The notes beneath the pieces are model-generated. The model did not search any database. It saw only the letters and a list, made by a program, of their open reading frames with translations, and was not told the origin of the DNA. From an uncultured Rivularia sp. (GTDB lineage: Bacteria > Cyanobacteriota > Cyanobacteriia > Cyanobacteriales > Nostocaceae), in NCBI GenBank assembly GCA_963665115.1, contig OY762007.1, positions 5,344,001 through 5,408,000 on the forward strand: a DNA stretch of 64,000 bases. Reading direction: 5' to 3'. Made by a program: the position numbers and the translations under genes. Numbering within the stretch: position 1 is the stretch's first letter; the number at the start of each line of letters is the position of its first letter. Positions 61,959 to 64,000 of the stretch are shown one piece after another.

Positions 61959-64000
61959 CTACCGAACTTTTATTTCAATAAGAAACTCAGAACCTTCTCC
62001 AATTATTGATTTACAGTGAAGGGAACCCTGATGTTTTTTTACGATTGTTGAGTAACTAGTATATAAACCCAAACCCATACCGCTTCCTACAGATTTAGTA
62101 GTAAAAAATGGGTCGAATATTTTTGGCTGTATTTCTTGAGGAATGCCAATACCGTTATCAGCAATAGTAATAATTACTGTGTTTTTATCCGTTAATTGGG
62201 TACGAATACAAATTCTGGGTATTATTTCACTCTTACTGATTTCTAAAGCATCAATCGCATTATTTATGATATTCATAAAAACCTGATTTAATTCTGCTGC
62301 ATAACAATTCATTTTAGGTAATTGAGCATATTCTTTGATTACTTCAATACCTGTTTGCTCGCTATCTTTTTGCAAGCGGTTTTGTAAAAATAGTAAAGTA
62401 CTATCTATACCTTGATGAATATCTACTGGTTTCATTTCGGATTCATCCAACCGGGAGAAGTTTCTTAATGAAAGTACAATATTGCTAATCCGCTCTGCTC
62501 CATCTTGGAAAGAGTTAAACAGCTTTTGTAAGTCTTCTGTGATAAATTCCAGTTCGATATTTTCTAGTTCCTCTTGAATATCTTTGACTGGTTGCGGGTA
62601 ATACTTTTGATAAAGATTTATTAGATGCAGTAAATCTTGTACATATTCCTTTGCAGGTTCGAGATTGCCGTAGATAAAACTAATTGGATTGTTAATTTCA
62701 TGAGCTACTCCAGCTACCATCTGTCCTAAACTGGACATTTTTTCTGATTGAATTAATTGAGCCTGGGTATGTTTTAATTTTTGAAAAGCTTGCGTCAACT
62801 CCTGATTTGTTTCGCGGAGTTTCTTTGTTTTTTCATTAACTTTTTCTTCTAAGCTTTGTGAGTATTCCTCTAATTTGAGATTAGCCTGTTTGAGATTTTC
62901 AGTTGTTTTAGATAAATTAGCGTAAAGTAAGGCATTTTCTAACGAAATAGCCGCAGATACGCTCAGCATTCTTAAAACTTCTTGGCGCTGGGGAGTAAAT
63001 GCACTTGTAGTTAAATTGTTTTCTAAATAAAGGATACCAATCAGTTTACCTTGATGCTCAATTGGGATACACAATAGAGATTTAGGCTGATATTTGACGA
63101 TGTAATCATCATTTAAATCTAAATTTTGATTTAAAATATCATTATTCAACAAATATTTTTTAGTATTTGCAACATAGTTAATTACAGAAAGCGGTAATTC
63201 TTCACAAGTGTTTAGGGACAATGATTCTTTTATTGAAGCAGCTGCAAGCGAAATATCCTCTGCATTGATATTAGTAACTAAAGCTTCTACAACCCAATTG
63301 TCTTCCGAAGGTAAAATCAAAGCAGCCTTGGTTGCTCCAGCATTCTCAATTACAACTTGCATCAAATTTAAAACAAGCTTGTACAAATCAATTTCTTTAG
63401 CTAACGTTTGGGAAGCTTTCATGATAGTTTCCCAATCTAGAAGTTTTGTAATTTCGGCACTGGTATAAGCAACAGTAGCACTAGAAATATCAGCCAGAGT
63501 ATTACCGTGTTTGAGACTAAAATTTTCCGGTTTAATAACTTGTTCGAGTAATTCCCGATAGCGTTTTTCTATATGTTTAACTTTAGTTGTTGCTCCCCAG
63601 CGAATGTAACAGTAGTAAGCATCTATCATGTACACTTGAGCAATTTTCTTTTTACCCCATTCCAGGTAGAATTTTGCAGTGAGTTCGTTAGCGAGTGCTT
63701 CTTCCTGGATATATTGATTATTCTTTGCACCAGCAATCGCGGATTCGTAAAATTCTATTGCCTTAAAAGTTTTACCTTGAACTCGATATAACTCTGCTTT
63801 GACTAAATCATATTTATGTAGATGATTCATAGGAGAAAATTTCACCCATTTTTTCATCTTATTTTGATTGTCTTTTATTTTATTCAGAATATCTTTTTGT
63901 TTTTTAAAAGAACTATGATGATAAACAGCCAGTTGAGATAAAGAATTATAAAAGTAAAATAACGGAGCAATAACTCCTCCAGCCAATCCACCAGTTAAAT
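61959..64000 (-). CDS. C-terminal part of a large Ser/Thr kinase-AAA-GAF-histidine kinase hybrid (5' end outside the window)
   Basis: WGATTKV, GAF (GILYLEN), SEKMSSLGQMVAGVAHEINNP, FDPFFTTK. The N-terminal domains are inferred from the family architecture. Confidence 0.85.
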   Translation of the reverse strand, partial: LTGGLAGGVIAPLFYFYNSLSQLAVYHHSSFKKQKDILNKIKDNQNKMKKWVKFSPMNHLHKYDLVKAELYRVQGKTFKAIEFYESAIAGAKNNQYIQEEALANELTAKFYLEWGKKKIAQVYMIDAYYCYIRWGATTKVKHIEKRYRELLEQVIKPENFSLKHGNTLADISSATVAYTSAEITKLLDWETIMKASQTLAKEIDLYKLVLNLMQVVIENAGATKAALILPSEDNWVVEALVTNINAEDISLAAASIKESLSLNTCEELPLSVINYVANTKKYLLNNDILNQNLDLNDDYIVKYQPKSLLCIPIEHQGKLIGILYLENNLTTSAFTPQRQEVLRMLSVSAAISLENALLYANLSKTTENLKQANLKLEEYSQSLEEKVNEKTKKLRETNQELTQAFQKLKHTQAQLIQSEKMSSLGQMVAGVAHEINNPISFIYGNLEPAKEYVQDLLHLINLYQKYYPQPVKDIQEELENIELEFITEDLQKLFNSFQDGAERISNIVLSLRNFSRLDESEMKPVDIHQGIDSTLLFLQNRLQKDSEQTGIEVIKEYAQLPKMNCYAAELNQVFMNIINNAIDALEISKSEIIPRICIRTQLTDKNTVIITIADNGIGIPQEIQPKIFDPFFTTKSVGSGMGLGLYTSYSTIVKKHQGSLHCKSIIGEGSEFLIEIKVR

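Overview
AT-rich chromosomal window from a filamentous, probably heterocystous cyanobacterium (Nostocales, Rivularia/Calothrix-like; this is an inference). It has many HIP1 octamers (GCGATCGC), heptamer and nonamer tandem repeats, psbA, and the cikA-cobN-PG-binding-furA-sigC-gpsA gene order known from Nostoc/Anabaena. Housekeeping genes (cobN, furA, sigC, gpsA, lipA, tRNA-Pro, psbA, mtnP, sat, mnmA, nnr) alternate with accessory segments: five intact Uma2 genes plus a remnant, a decayed DUF433/DUF5615 toxin-antitoxin pair, a Fic gene, an HTH-NB-ARC-WD40 gene split by an ISL3 element, an intact ISAs1, a pseudo-caspase, a PI-PLC-like protein and a double glutaminase. The top finding is a two-gene locus at 30115-32666. 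A small helical protein ends in two copies of a ~20-aa motif that reappears once at the N-terminus of the adjacent NB-ARC-TPR receptor, which is the architecture of NLR/amyloid signalling (Bell-BASS, HET-S/NWD2 type). Other strong candidates are a local OmpR-type regulon (TGwCATATT 11-bp direct repeats before htrA, a Spy/CpxP-like gene and an ORF-less putative sRNA), a 70-bp-period array of alternating palindromes upstream of Fic, and nested tiny mobile repeats with covarying stems. About nine genes carry frameshifts in short base runs, most likely long-read assembly errors. All calls were made by eye; no database searches were run.
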